A stretch of 37,560 nucleotides of DNA from Chiloscyllium plagiosum (taxonomy: Eukaryota): assembly GCF_004010195.1 (NCBI RefSeq), contig NC_057720.1, positions 6,313,229-6,350,788 of the forward strand, given 5' to 3'. The translations under genes and the position numbers were made by a program. The notes beneath the pieces were generated by a model. It was not told the DNA's origin, did no database searches, and saw only the letters and a list, made by a program, of their open reading frames with translations. Within the stretch, counting starts at the first letter, position 1, and each line of letters starts with the position of its first letter. Shown in pieces: positions 24,134 to 35,467 of the stretch.

Positions 24134-24390
24134 GGTTTGTGTAAAGATTTGTAGCTCCAATGCTGGTTCCCTTGGTTGTGGGTGTGTGCATCGAGCTGGG
24201 AAGTTGATTTACAGACGTTTCGTCCCCAGTCTAGGTGACATCTTCAGAAATGGAGCCAAATAAATTCCAGAAGACACAGTACAGTAGTGCTTCACAGGAG
24301 GCTCCAAAACACTGAAGGTATCACCGAGACAGGGGACAAAATGTTTGCAAATCAACCTCTCAGCTCGGTGAACACACCCACAACCATGGA
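24134..24390. mobile_element. Fold-back PLE pLTR insertion (third family) with TSD
   Basis: Inverted arms 24174-24247 and 24312-24385; AAACAGGA(G/C)TCCAA at 24120-24133 and 24391-24404; hammerhead cores in both arms. Confidence 0.8.
24214..24247 (-). ncRNA. Minimal type I hammerhead ribozyme core
   Basis: Minus strand CUGAAGA-U-GUCACC-UAGACU-GGGGAC-GAAACGUC; decayed partner on + strand at 24312-24345. Confidence 0.72.
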
Positions 24391-26096
24391 AAACAGGACT
24401 CCAAATTGCTCTGGCAGCATACACTATTATGAAATTGGAGGGGCTAAAGAGAACAAAGACTATGGGGAGAAAGTGGGAACAGGGGAGTGAGTTGGATGAT
24501 CAGCTGTGATGGGAGTGAATAGCAGAACAGATCTGAAGGGTTGAACAATGTACTCCTGCTCCTTTTTCTATATTTACAGCACATGACTGACCAGGAATAT
24601 CTCTTGCTTTTTATCATCCATCACTGCATTATTCTGGAAACTCAACAATTTTGTCCACATTAACACACTTTCCTGAGCCATCAGGTCCTAGAGGTGGAAA
24701 TTGAATACAACATGTCTAGGCTCGGGACAAGGATACTCCACACTGCACCCAAGACCTCCTCAATTCCTTGATATTCTTTTCAGAATATGGAGTCCAGACA
24801 TGTTCATAGATATAATAATATACTGAAATCTTTAGAATTTGGTTTCCAAAATCGAGCCGGATGAAGATGGGTCAGTTTTGTCAGGGTGATATTTTTAAAC
24901 AGATTAATGACCTAACTGCACATCAATGACAAGTGACCTCAACTTGACAATTTTCATCATATGATCTTAAAAGAAGGAGCTGATATGATAGTTGATATAT
25001 GATCTTCAATTTTCCAAAAGCTATTTTATTCAGAACAGTCCTATTAGATTGGAACCGAGCAAATATAACTCCTCTGTTCTGAAAGAGAGAGAGAAAGAAA
25101 GAATGTTAGAAACTGTTATTAAAGTTGTAACAGTGCCATTGGACAAGTTCAAAATAATCAAACAGAGTCAACATGATGTTGTGAAATGCAAACTGAACTG
25201 AAATTCTTTAAGGATATATCATGAGTTCAGGATTAAGGTGATCCAATGACCACACTGGACATCAATTTTCCAGAAGGCAGGAACTTTTCCAGTGCTAATT
25301 GATAAAATATTCATGCTGTTAAGTTTCTGACAGGCAGAGTAATATAGTTTTGACTACAGAACAGAGGATCAAGTTCTCAGAGGAGAAAAACCTTAGGTTA
25401 AGAACAGAAGAGAATATTTCTTTCTCTTAAAATAAGAAACAAGTTTTTCACAGTTTGTAGTCTGGTTTGGAATTTGTAAACCATGAGAGCTTGAATACAG
25501 GGTCTTCAGCTTATTAGAATGAGGGAAGCTTAGGCCATCAGAATTATGAAAGCAAACTCCAAAAGTAATAAAAAAAACAAATTGTATCAGTCCAAGGGAA
25601 AGAAATTGGAAAATATCAGTAAAGTTAAAGTGTAAAAAGTTGAGATAGGAGGAACATTTCTGTGGGATTGAGTCTCTGTAATGCACAATGTTGGTGAAGC
25701 AGGACAAAATTTTCATTTGATATTTGCATTAAGATATTTCTAGCTGTCTCCCATATATAAATATTTCTAAAAATTCCTTTATGGAATAAACTTAAGCTGT
25801 TAAAGAAGATCAGCTGCCTTGTGTGGTTAAGTTTTATGGTCTAATTACCACATTAATCAACTGCAAAACTTACACGTTGCCCATCAAGCCAGTTTTCATT
25901 CCAGACTCTAACTTGTTCAATATTACCACGAGCTGAGATTGTAACAGTGCACCAAGGGGTATCTAACAATACTCTATTCCATACTCACAGAATCATACCT
26001 GGCAGAAAATACCCCAGATGCCACCATCATCATCTTTGGATATGTCCTGTCCCACCAGCACAGACCCAGCACAGGTGGCAGTACAATGGTACAGAG

Positions 26097-27428
26097 AAAT
26101 AGAGTCATAGAGTCATAGAGATGTACAGCATGGAAACAGACCTTTCGGTCCAACCTGTCCATGCCGACCAGATATCACAACCCAATCTACTCCCAACTGC
26201 CAGCACCCAGCCCATATCCCTCCAAAGCCTTCCTATTCATAAACCCATCCAAATGCCTCTTAAATGTTGCAATTGTACCAGCCTCCTCCACATCCTCTGG
26301 CAGCTCATTCCATACACATACCACCCTCTGTGTGAAAAGGTTGCCCCTTGGGTCTCTCTCATATTTTTCCCCCTCACCCTAAACCTATGCCCGCTAGTTC
26401 TGGACTTCCCTACCCCAGGGAAAAGACTTTGTCTATTTATCCTATCCATGCNNNNNNNNNNNNNNNNNNNNNNNNNNNNNNNNNNNNNNNNNNNNNNNNN
26501 NNNNNNNNNNNNNNNNNNNNNNNNNNNNNNNNNNNNNNNNNNNNNNNNNNNNNNNNNNNNNNNNNNNNNNNNNNNNNNNNNNNNNNNNNNNNNNNNNNNN
26601 NNNNNNNNNNNNNNNNNNNNNNNNNNNNNNNNNNNNNNNNNNNNNNNNNNNNNNNNNNNNNNNNNNNNNNNNNNNNNNNNNNNNNNNNNNNNNNNNNNNN
26701 NNNNNNNNNNNNNNNNNNNNNNNNNNNNNNNNNNNNNNNNNNNNNNNNNNNNNNNNNNNNNNNNNNNNNNNNNNNNNNNNNNNNNNNNNNNNNNNNNNNN
26801 NNNNNNNNNNNNNNNNNNNNNNNNNNNNNNNNNNNNNNNNNNNNNNNNNNNNNNNNNNNNNNNNNNNNNNNNNNNNNNNNNNNNNNNNNNNNNNNNNNNN
26901 NNNNNNNNNNNNNNNNNNNNNNNNNNNNNNNNNNNNNNNNNNNNNNNNNNNNNNNNNNNNNNNNNNNNNNNNNNNNNNNNNNNNNNNNNNNNNNNNNNNN
27001 NNNNNNNNNNNNNNNNNNNNNNNNNNNNNNNNNNNNNNNNNNNNNNNNNNNNNNNNNNNNNNNNNNNNNNNNNNNNNNNNNNNNNNNNNNNNNNNNNNNN
27101 NNNNNNNNNNNNNNNNNNNNNNNNNNNNNNNNNNNNNNNNNNGCCTTTCCAAATACATGTACATCCTGTCCCTCAGGATTCCCTCCAGCAACTTGCCCAC
27201 CACTGAGGTCAGGCTCACTGGTCTATAGTTCCCTGGCTTGTCCTTACCACCCTTCTTAAACAGTGGCATCACGTTAGCCAACCTCCAGTCTTCCGGCACC
27301 TCACCTGTGACTATTAATGATACAAATATCTCAGCAAGAGGCCCAGCAATCACTTCTCTAGCTTCCCACAGAGTTCTCGGGTACATCTGATCGGGTCCGA
27401 GGGATTTATCCACTTTTAACCGTTTCTT
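26097..27428 (-). mobile_element. Young 5'-truncated CR1 spanning gap 26452-27142
   Basis: DKSLGPDQMYPR..YRPVSLTSVVGK; 3' UTR and (CTATGACT)n tail at 26097-26118. Confidence 0.93.
26452..27142. other. Assembly gap (N run)
   Basis: Ns. Confidence 1.
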
Positions 27429-27464
27429 TGAGAATCCTCAACATTGACTCTGGACCCATGGAGT

Positions 27465-28360
27465 CTCATGGCACCAAGTCAAACTTGGGCAAGGAAACCT
27501 CCTGTTGAATACTATGGACTACCCTCCCTTAGCTGATGAATTGGTACGTCTCTATTTTGAACATCACTAGGAGGAAGCAATGAGGGCAGTAAGGACACAA
27601 ATTGTACTCTGGGTGGGGGATTTCAATGCCCACCATCAAGAGTAGCTTGACAACCGCACTAACTGATTGAGCTGGTTGGGTCCTAAAGGATATCGCACAG
27701 GTGGTGAGGGAGTAACCAAGAGGAATAATGTATTTGACCTCATCTTGACGAATCTGCCTGACACAGATGCATCTGTCCATGACAGTATTGGTAAATGTGA
27801 ACACTGCACAGTCCTTCACATTGAAAATACCCTCTATTTTGTTGTGTGGCAATATCACGGTGCTAAATGGGACATTTAGAATTTGAACAATTAAAGACTG
27901 GGCATCCATGAGGCACTGTGGGCCATCGACAACAGCAGCATTGTAGTTCAGCACAACCTGTAAACTCATGGCCCGGCATATCCCCCACTCCACCATTAGC
28001 ATCAAGCCTGGGGATCAACCCTGGTTCAATGGCGAGGTGCAGGAGGACGTGCCAGGAGCAACACTGGGTATACCTGAAAATGAGGTGTTAAGCGATCAAA
28101 CAGGATTATCTGCGTACCAAACAGTATAAGCAGCAAGTTTTTAAAATTCATTTTGTGGGATATGGGCGTCACTGACTGGCCAGCATTTATTGCTCGATAA
28201 ATGATAGACAGCGCTAAGTGACACACAGAGCTAACCAATCCCACAACCAACGTATCCAATCTAACTCTGCAGTCCTGCTGCATCCAGTCATGAATGGTGG
28301 CGGACAATTAAACAACTCACTGGAAGAAGAGGCTTCACAAATATTGTCATCCTCAATGGT
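27465..28360 (+). mobile_element. LINE apurinic-endonuclease and linker fragment, possibly the same family as 8245-9325
   Basis: WVGDFNAHH, FDLILTNLP..SVHDSIGKCEH (SDH-like), DQPWFN motifs. Confidence 0.8.
28138..28196 (-). mobile_element. Short 3' tail of the second SINE/LINE family
   Basis: GGGATATGGGCGTCACTGACTGGCCAGCATTTATTGC matches 30348-30385. Confidence 0.7.
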
Positions 28361-29206
28361 GAACATGGTTATTTATTCATCATCTATAGCTCCGGCTCAG
28401 TGAAGTTAAACTTGGTGCACTGTCCAACCCAAACAATGGTCAGGAGATGGATCTTGTCCAGTCAATCTTTGGGCCCTGGAAATGTTCTCTTGAGCTGTTG
28501 AACAAGTTGATGTGAGGAAGGAAGTCATGTCAGTGACTGGAAGATATATTATTTGACGACAGATGTCCTGCAGGTTTTGGGTGAAGCTACCTTCTGTCAT
28601 GAAGAATTGTGCAGTCTACCTGTCATATTAACATTCAGTCCCAGTAGCAAAATGAGGTTGAGACACTGTCAACATACATTATCTCGTTTCATCCAAATGT
28701 GCTTAATCCTAAATAAACTGAAAGCAGAGGATTATAGAACAGGAGAGACATGCCCAAATAATTGAAATGGCTCATCGATCTTTTTTTGTGTTGAATCCAT
28801 TGAGAAAAATAAAGCAGAACTTTTCCATTAAATGAAGCTGAAGAATAAATGTGAAACAAATAAATGAACCTTTCAATCTTGGTCCTAATGCTGCCTAAAT
28901 GGTAAGGTTATCTCTGCTCTTTGTTACATAAGCTGCTTATTTTAAACTTATGTTGCCATTGTAATATCTAAAAAAATTACTCGAGTTGCTCTTATGATTT
29001 ATTCTGCTTTAAAGGGCTCATGAAAAGGAGGATTAAAGAGATGCATTTTGCATTAAAGTAGTTTAAGCTTTAACTCTGTCTTTTACCACTCAGACACCAA
29101 CATGTCAACTGTGTTTCTGTGAGAGCAAATGCTAGTCTAACTGTCTTTGTTTTTGTTCAGATACCAGGAGACTAATATGTGGCCAGAATGTTGTTCCAAC
29201 GCATAT

Positions 29207-29355
29207 AACATAGAATCCCGACAGTGTGGAAGCAGGCCATTCGGCCCATACCAACGTTCTCAAAAAGCATCCCACCCAGACCCATCCCTTCCACGTAAGC
29301 CCACATTTCCCATGGCTAATTCACCTCGCCTGAACACTTGGAGCAATTTAGCATG
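29207..29355 (-). mobile_element. HE1 SINE 3' fragment
   Basis: ACAGTGTGGAAGCAGGCCATTCGGCCCA..CCATGGCTAATTCACC. Confidence 0.8.
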
Positions 29356-30040
29356 AGAGTGTGTTGCTGGAAAAGCACAACAGATCCGGCAGCATCCGAG
29401 GAGGAGGAAAATCGATGTTTCGGGCCTGAGTCCTCAATCGGGACTGAGGCTGGGAGTCTCGGGGGTGGAGAGATAAATGGGAGGGTGGGGTGGGGCTGAA
29501 GTCCACATTTATGCCCTGGGGTTGAAATGTTCCGAGGCGGAAGATGAGGCGTTCTTCCTCCAGGCGTCGGGTGGTGAGGGAGTGGTGATGGAGGAGGCCC
29601 AGGACCTGCATATCCTTGGCAGAGTGGGAGGGGGAGTTGTTATGTTGGGCCACAGGGCGATGTGGTTGATTGGTGCGGGTGTCCCGGAGATGTTCCCTAA
29701 AGTGCTCTGCGAGAAGGTTCCAGTCTCCCCCATATACAGGAGACCGCATCAGGAGCAACAAATACAATAAATGACATTGGTAGATGTGCAGGTGAAACTT
29801 TGATGGATGTGGAAGGCTCCTTTGGTGCCTTGGATGGAGGTGAGGGGGGANNNNNNNNNNNNNNNNNNNNNNNNNNNNNNNNNNNNNNNNNNNNNNNNNN
29901 NNNNNCGGAACGGTCTTTGCGGAAGGAGGAAAGGGGTGGGGAGGGAAATATATCCCTGGTGGTGGGGTCCGTTTGGAGGTGGCAGAAATGTAGGCGGGTG
30001 ATGTGACTTATTCGAAGATTCGTAGGGTGGAAGGGTGATT
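29356..30040 (-). mobile_element. Neptune-type Penelope-like element: linker, GIY-YIG endonuclease and pLTR (gap 29851-29905 inside)
   Basis: Minus frames FTCTSTNVIYCICCS*CGLLYMGETG and EHFREH..VAQH..RRLEEERLIFRLGTFQPQGIN; decayed hammerhead at 29414-29441. Confidence 0.92.
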
Positions 30041-30084
30041 TTATCCTTGTTGCTCCGGGGGAGCCAGGGTTGGGTAATAAAGGA

Positions 30085-30303
30085 AATTATACCCGAAAGA
30101 ACTGCAGATGGTTTAAATCAGAAACAAAAACAGAAATTATTAGATAAGCTCAGGGGGTCCGGCAGCGTCTATGAAGAGAAATCAAAGTTAACATTTCTGG
30201 TCCAATGAACCTTCCTCTGAACTGGACCAGAAACATTAACTTTAATTTCTCTTCACAGATACTGCCAGACCTGCTGAACCTTTCCAGCAACTTTTGTGTT
30301 TGT
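30085..30303. mobile_element. Fold-back PLE pLTR insertion with perfect 16-bp TSD
   Basis: GTTGGGTAATAAAGGA at 30069-30084 and 30304-30319; inverted arms about 30122-30204 and 30223-30305; decayed hammerhead on minus strand at 30190-30219. Confidence 0.88.
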
Positions 30304-30331
30304 GTTGGGTAATAAAGGATTGTTTTGACAT

Positions 30332-30515
30332 TTTCTTTATCCATTCATGGGATGTGGGTGTCACTGGCTAGGCCAGCATTTACTGGCTTCCCTAATTGTC
30401 CAGAGCCATTCAGAGTCAACCACATTGCTGTGGGTCTGGAGTCACATGCAAGCCTGGCCAGGTAAGGCTGGCAGTTGCTTTTAGGAACATTAGCACATTA
30501 ATAAACCCAATGGTT
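30332..30515 (-). mobile_element. Second tRNA-derived shark SINE family, 3' half
   Basis: AGAGTCAACCACATTGCTGTGGGTCTGGAGTCACATG core also seen, decayed, at about 34075-34110; tail shared with the LINE at 8245. Confidence 0.75.
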
Positions 30516-31038
30516 TCTTTTCCTGTCTGTTCCTGTCAATATTTTGAAAATTTCAAAAGATCTTCCCTTAACCTTCTACATTCTAGAGAATTGAATTGAA
30601 TTGAAATGAATTTATTATCAAGTGTACCGAGGTGCAGTGAAAAGCTTTGTCTTGTGAGCAATACAGGCAGATCACAGAGTTAAGTAGCGTAGATAGTAAA
30701 TAATAAGTAAACAGCAGCAAAAACAAAAATACAGGTACAGGCGAATGATAAGGGTTTGTGAGTCCATTCAGTATTCTAACAACAGTAGGGTAAAAACTGT
30801 TTCGAAACCGGCTGGTGCATATGTTCAGGCTTTTGTACCTTCCCCCTGACTGTAGAGGTTATAGAAAAACATTGCCAGGGTGGGATGGATCTTTGAGAAT
30901 GCTGGTGGCCTTTCCTTGACAGCGGGCCTGGTAGATGGATTCTATAGATGGGAGGTTGGCCTTTGTGTCCAGGCCGAGTTCACCACTCTCTGTAACCATC
31001 TCCGACCTTGAATGGTACAGTTGCCATACCAGGTAGTG

Positions 31039-31184
31039 CCATACCAGCTCTATTCCTGATGAAGGACTTTTGCCTGAAACATCGATTTTCCTGCTTCTCA
31101 GATGCTGCCGAGCCTGCTGTGCTTTTCCAGCACCACTCTAATCTAGACTCTGGTTTCCAGCATCTGCAGTCCTTGTTTTTACCT
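31039..31184 (+). mobile_element. PLE pLTR terminal fragment with 13-bp TSD
   Basis: ATACCAGGTAGTG at 31026-31038 and 31185-31197. Confidence 0.9.
31056..31083 (+). ncRNA. Minimal hammerhead ribozyme core (partly decayed stems)
   Basis: CUGAUGA-A-GGAC-UUUU-GCCU-GAAACAUC. Confidence 0.65.
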
Positions 31185-32336
31185 ATACCAGGTAGTGATA
31201 CATCCAGACAGAATGCTCTCGATGGCGCACCTATAAAAGTTAGCAAGGATATTCGTCGTCATGCCAAATTTCTTCAGCTATCTGAGGAAGAAGAGATGTT
31301 GTTGGGCCTTTGTAACCACTGCGTCCAGATGAAGAGTCTAAGAAAGTTTGTTGTGGATGGCCACTACCAGGAGTTCGACACTCTCCAATTGTTCCACCTG
31401 TGTGCTGTTAATGCATAGGGGGGGCATGAGTAACATCCCACCGAAAGTCAATAATGAGTTCCTTGGTTTTGCTGGAATTGAGAGCTAGGTTGTTCTCAGT
31501 GCACCATTTCTCCAGGTCTTCCACCTCCCATCTGTCGTCTGTTTCGTTGCCATCTGAGGTTCAACCGACTATGGTGGTGTCATCAGCAAACTTGTAAATG
31601 GCATTAGTCTGGTATTTGGTGACTCAATCAGGAAACAGACCTAATTTGTTAAACCTCCTTAAATCTAACCCCTGAAGTCCAGATATTATTCTTGTATATC
31701 TACAATATACTCCCTGTATAAATGTGTCATGCCCAGATTTGCTCAGTGCTCTAACTGGGGTCTAACCAGGGTTTTGTATAACGGCAGCATCTGTGTCTTT
31801 ATTCTCCAGTCCTGTGGATATTTAGATGGTGTAAACACCAGTAGCTGGAGTTTTGTCTGACATGTATATCATGAGTAAGCTCCTCAACTGCAGGTATATT
31901 GCAACAGACATATGTATGGTGAGTGAGCCTCCTCGGTAACAATGCTCTCCCTGAGGCAGAACCCAAGGTAATGACCTATCCGAATCTCCTGCTGTTTATT
32001 ATAGTCAATGAGGACCTCTCTTACCTTTGTCTCAGTATCACAACTTGTCATGGTGAGACTTGAACACAGGTTCTTTGTATTCATGTTCTGGTAGTATACT
32101 CTCTGAGTCAATAGCTGCTCAAAAGAAAAGCATATAAGGTACAAAGCATATATAGTGTGGAGGTTTTGCTAAAACTATATAAGGCACTAGTCAGATTCCA
32201 GCTGGAATAGTGTAAACAGTTTTGAGCCACTGCCCTGAGTTGGAGGCAATCCAGATAAGGGTAACTTGGCTGCTCCGGGGAATGGAGGGACTGCCTTATG
32301 AGGAGGGGTTGACCAGGTTTTATAGAATTTTTTTAA

Positions 32337-32643
32337 TACTATCCCTACAGTGTGGAAGGAGACCACTTGGCCCATACTGACCCTCCGAACAGCATCCCAC
32401 CCAGGCACACCCTATCCCTGTATTTCCCATGGCTAATCCACCTAGCCTGGACGTAGTGGGCAATTTGCCACGGTTAGTCCACCTAACGTGTACATCTTTG
32501 GACAGTGGGACCCAGAGGAAACCCGCACAGACACGGAGAGAATGTGCAAACTCTGCACAGAAAGTCGCCTGAGGCTGGAATCAAACCTAAGTCCTTGGCG
32601 CTGTGAGGCAGCAGTGCTAACCACCGAGCCACCCTGCTGTCCC
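32337..32643 (-). mobile_element. HE1-type V-SINE
   Basis: Head, V-domain and tail on the minus strand. Confidence 0.9.
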
Positions 32644-32701
32644 AGGTTGGACCTGTACTTATTAAAGAATGAGGGACAACGTCATTGCTATATACAAGAC
32701 C

Positions 32702-32810
32702 GAGGAAGTGATGGCCTAGTGGTATTATTACTAGACTGTTAATCCAGAGATCCAGGTTCTGGGGGCTGGTTTCAAATCCTGCCATGCCAGATGGTAGAAT
32801 TTGAATTCAA
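32702..32810 (+). mobile_element. tRNA-like head of the second SINE family
   Basis: A box TGGCCTAGTGG and B-box-like GTTTCAAATCC; related decayed heads at 11738-11812 (-) and 12520-12557 (+). Confidence 0.7.
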
Positions 32811-32812
32811 TT

Positions 32813-33125
32813 TGGGATGGCACAATGGCTCAGTGGTTGGCACTGCTACCTCATAGTGCCAGGGACCTGGGTTTGATCCCAGCCTTGGGTGACTGTCTGT
32901 GTAGAGTTTGCACATTTGTCCCGTGTCTGTGTGGGTTTCTTCCCCAATCCAAAGCTGTGTGGGTTAGGTGAATTGGCCATGCTAAATTACTCGTAGTGTT
33001 CAGGGATGTGTAGGTTAGGTGCATTCTTCAGGGGTAAATGTAGGGCAAGGGAACTGGGTGGGTTATTCTTCGGAGGGTCGGTGTTGACTTGGGCCAAATG
33101 ACCTGTTTCCACACTGTAGGGGTTT
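32813..33125 (+). mobile_element. HE1-type V-SINE
   Basis: A and B boxes, V-domain, CCACACTGTAGGG tail. Confidence 0.9.
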
Positions 33126-33139
33126 TATTTTTAAAAAAA

Positions 33140-33790
33140 TCTTAGGGACTCAACTATGTTGATGTGGAAAGGTTCTTTCCCCTTGTGGCAGAGTCTAGGA
33201 CCAGGCAACATTGTGGGCGGCACGGTGGCACAGTGGTTAGCACTGCTGCCTCACAGCGCCAGAGACCCGGGTTCAATTCCTGCCTCAGACGACTGACTGT
33301 GTGGAGTTTGCACATTCTCCCTGTGTCTGCGTGGGTTTCCTCCAGGTACTCCGGTTTCCTCCCACAGTCCAAAGATGTGCAGGTCAGGTGAATTGGCCAT
33401 GCTAAATTGCCCGTGGTGTTAGGTAAGGGGTAGATGTAGGGGTATGGGTGGGTTGTGCTTCGGCGGGGCGGTGTGGACTTGTTGGGCCGAAGGGCCTGTT
33501 TCCACACTGTAAGTAATCTAGTAATCTAATCTAAAAACATCGTCTCAGAATAAGGAATTGCACGTTTAAGACAAAGGTGAGAAATTTCTTCCCTCAGAAG
33601 ATGGAGAATCTGTGGAAATGTTTTTACACAAGGGATGGTAAGGCTGGGTCATTAAGTATAAATCAGTAAAGCAATCAAGGGAAGAGGCAGGAAATTGGAG
33701 TTTGACAGTTGCCAGATCAGTCATGACACCATTGACCGGCTGAGCAGACTCGATGGGCTGAATGGCCTACTTCTGCCCCTACATCTCATC
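33140..33790 (+). mobile_element. CR1 3' end interrupted by a young HE1
   Basis: ERFFPLVAESRTR before the HE1; TGAATGGCCTACTTCTGCCCCTA 3' UTR after it. Confidence 0.8.
33215..33535 (+). mobile_element. Young full-length HE1 V-SINE with TSD
   Basis: GGGCGGCACGGTGGCACAGTGG start, B box GGTTCAATTCC, (AATCT)n tail; AACAT(T/C)GT at 33207-33214 and 33536-33543. Confidence 0.95.
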
Positions 33791-34166
33791 AAGTACTGTG
33801 AGTCAGAGGACATGAATGAGAATGTGTACCTCCGAACATGATCATCAGTGATTCGACAATGGCAAAGTTTGCTTTTCAAAATCAATTGGATGGAAGAGAC
33901 AGGAAATGCTGAGTAGGGTAAGGAAACCCTCAGCCTTGAAATTGTGGGCACGAATTGGTTACTGTCTTTTAATTCAGAGGATGTGGCTTCATTGGCAAGG
34001 CCAACGTTTCTTGCTCATTTCTAGTTCACTCTGAGACAACTGGGGCTTGCTTGACCATCTCAGAGGGCAATTGGGAGTCAAAGGCATCTCTGTGGGCCCA
34101 GAGTCACAAAGGGGTCAGATCAAATTGGGAAGGGGATAGAATTCCGAGATCAATTATCCAGCAGTA

Positions 34167-34398
34167 GGTGGCCCATTGGCTCAGTGACTAGCACTGCAGA
34201 CTCACAGCGCCAGGGACCTGGGTTCAATTCCACCCTCGGGTGACCGTGTGTTGTTTACACATTCTCCCCATGTTGGTGTGGGTTACGTCCTGTTGGTGAA
34301 TTGGCCATGGGAAATGTAGGGTTATAGGAATGGGGTGAGCAGGTCGTTGTGGATTTGATGGGCCAAACAGCCTGTTTCCACACTGTAGGGGTTCTGTG
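34167..34398 (+). mobile_element. HE1-type V-SINE with internal deletions
   Basis: Head, partial V-domain, tail. Confidence 0.85.
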
Positions 34399-35066
34399 AG
34401 ATAAAAGCTTTCTCCATCAAATCTTCTGGGCCTCCCCATTCAACTTTTTTTAGTCAACAACAGATATCCCTCAGATAATTGTGACAATTTTAACTTTAGT
34501 TTAGTTAATTTTGCCACACATACTGTCACATTCCTTGTAGTTTGGTTTAACTCTTCCAGATGTTTCTTTTGTCAAAATATTGAGCCAGATTTGCTTTTTG
34601 ACAGTTTGAAGCTAGAGCCTAGTAGGTGGGCTACACCAGAAAAATGGATTCTGTCATTTTAATTAATAATGCGTACAAAAGCAACATGTCGATATATAAG
34701 AGTGCTGCATAAGCATTTCTGTGTGAGAATTTCTTAGGTCGCCATTTGCAAGCTTCCAAAACCCTTCTATTATAATGCTGTGTTAGACAAAGTCATATTA
34801 TTTAGCGGGAAATGTTAATTCTACGGACAAAAAACTTGATACTCGCAGTTTGGTTTTTTTTTTAACACTTTAAAAGTTGTCTGGGGAATGAATAGGAAGC
34901 CATTTACCCTTCTCATGGGGGTGCTGTTACTGTATTTCTGCTAGCCCCCAAATTACAGTCCAGGGATGACAGGAGAAAGACAGAGTGCAGGGAAAGTAAT
35001 TGAGGAGAGGTGGACAGCCGGGAAGAACAACAGAGAAACTAATTCTTTTGTGGAGTTGCAGAGAAA

Positions 35067-35415
35067 GGGTGGCACGGTGACACAGCAGCTAACACTGCAG
35101 CCTCAAAGCACCAGGAACCTGGGTTCGATCCTACCTTCGGGTGACTGTCTGCGTGGAGTTTGCATGCTCTCTCTGGGTCTATGTGGGTTTCCTTCAGGTA
35201 GTGTGGTTTCTTCCCACTGCCCAAAGATGTGCAGGTTAGGGAGGATTGGCCATGTTTAACTGCCCATACTGTCCAGGGATATGCTGGTAAGTTGGATTAG
35301 ACATGGAAAATGCAGGGTTAAAGGGATGGAGTGGGTCTGGGTGGGATGCTGTTCAGAGGGTCGGTGTGGACTAGATGAGCTGAATGGCCGTTTCCACGCT
35401 GTAGGGATTTTATTC
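35067..35415 (+). mobile_element. HE1-type V-SINE
   Basis: Head with GGTTCGATCC B box, V-domain, tail. Confidence 0.9.
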
Positions 35416-35467
35416 GATGAAAGCTCATGGAGTGCTGGCCTTTATATCAAGGAGAGTGGTGTACAAG

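Larger units (their letters stand above)
30588..31622 (-). mobile_element. Rex1/Babar-like LINE: RT C-terminus, 3' UTR and (ATTCA)n tail; interrupted by a PLE fragment
   Basis: Minus strand KFADDTTIVG..WCTENNLALN..KTKELIIDFR; AATAAA followed by (TTCAA)n at 30588-30617. Confidence 0.88.

Noticed and set aside
33215..33285. tRNA gene
   Set aside because: A/B boxes belong to an HE1 SINE head that continues into the V-domain and LINE tail; the same applies to the other copies.
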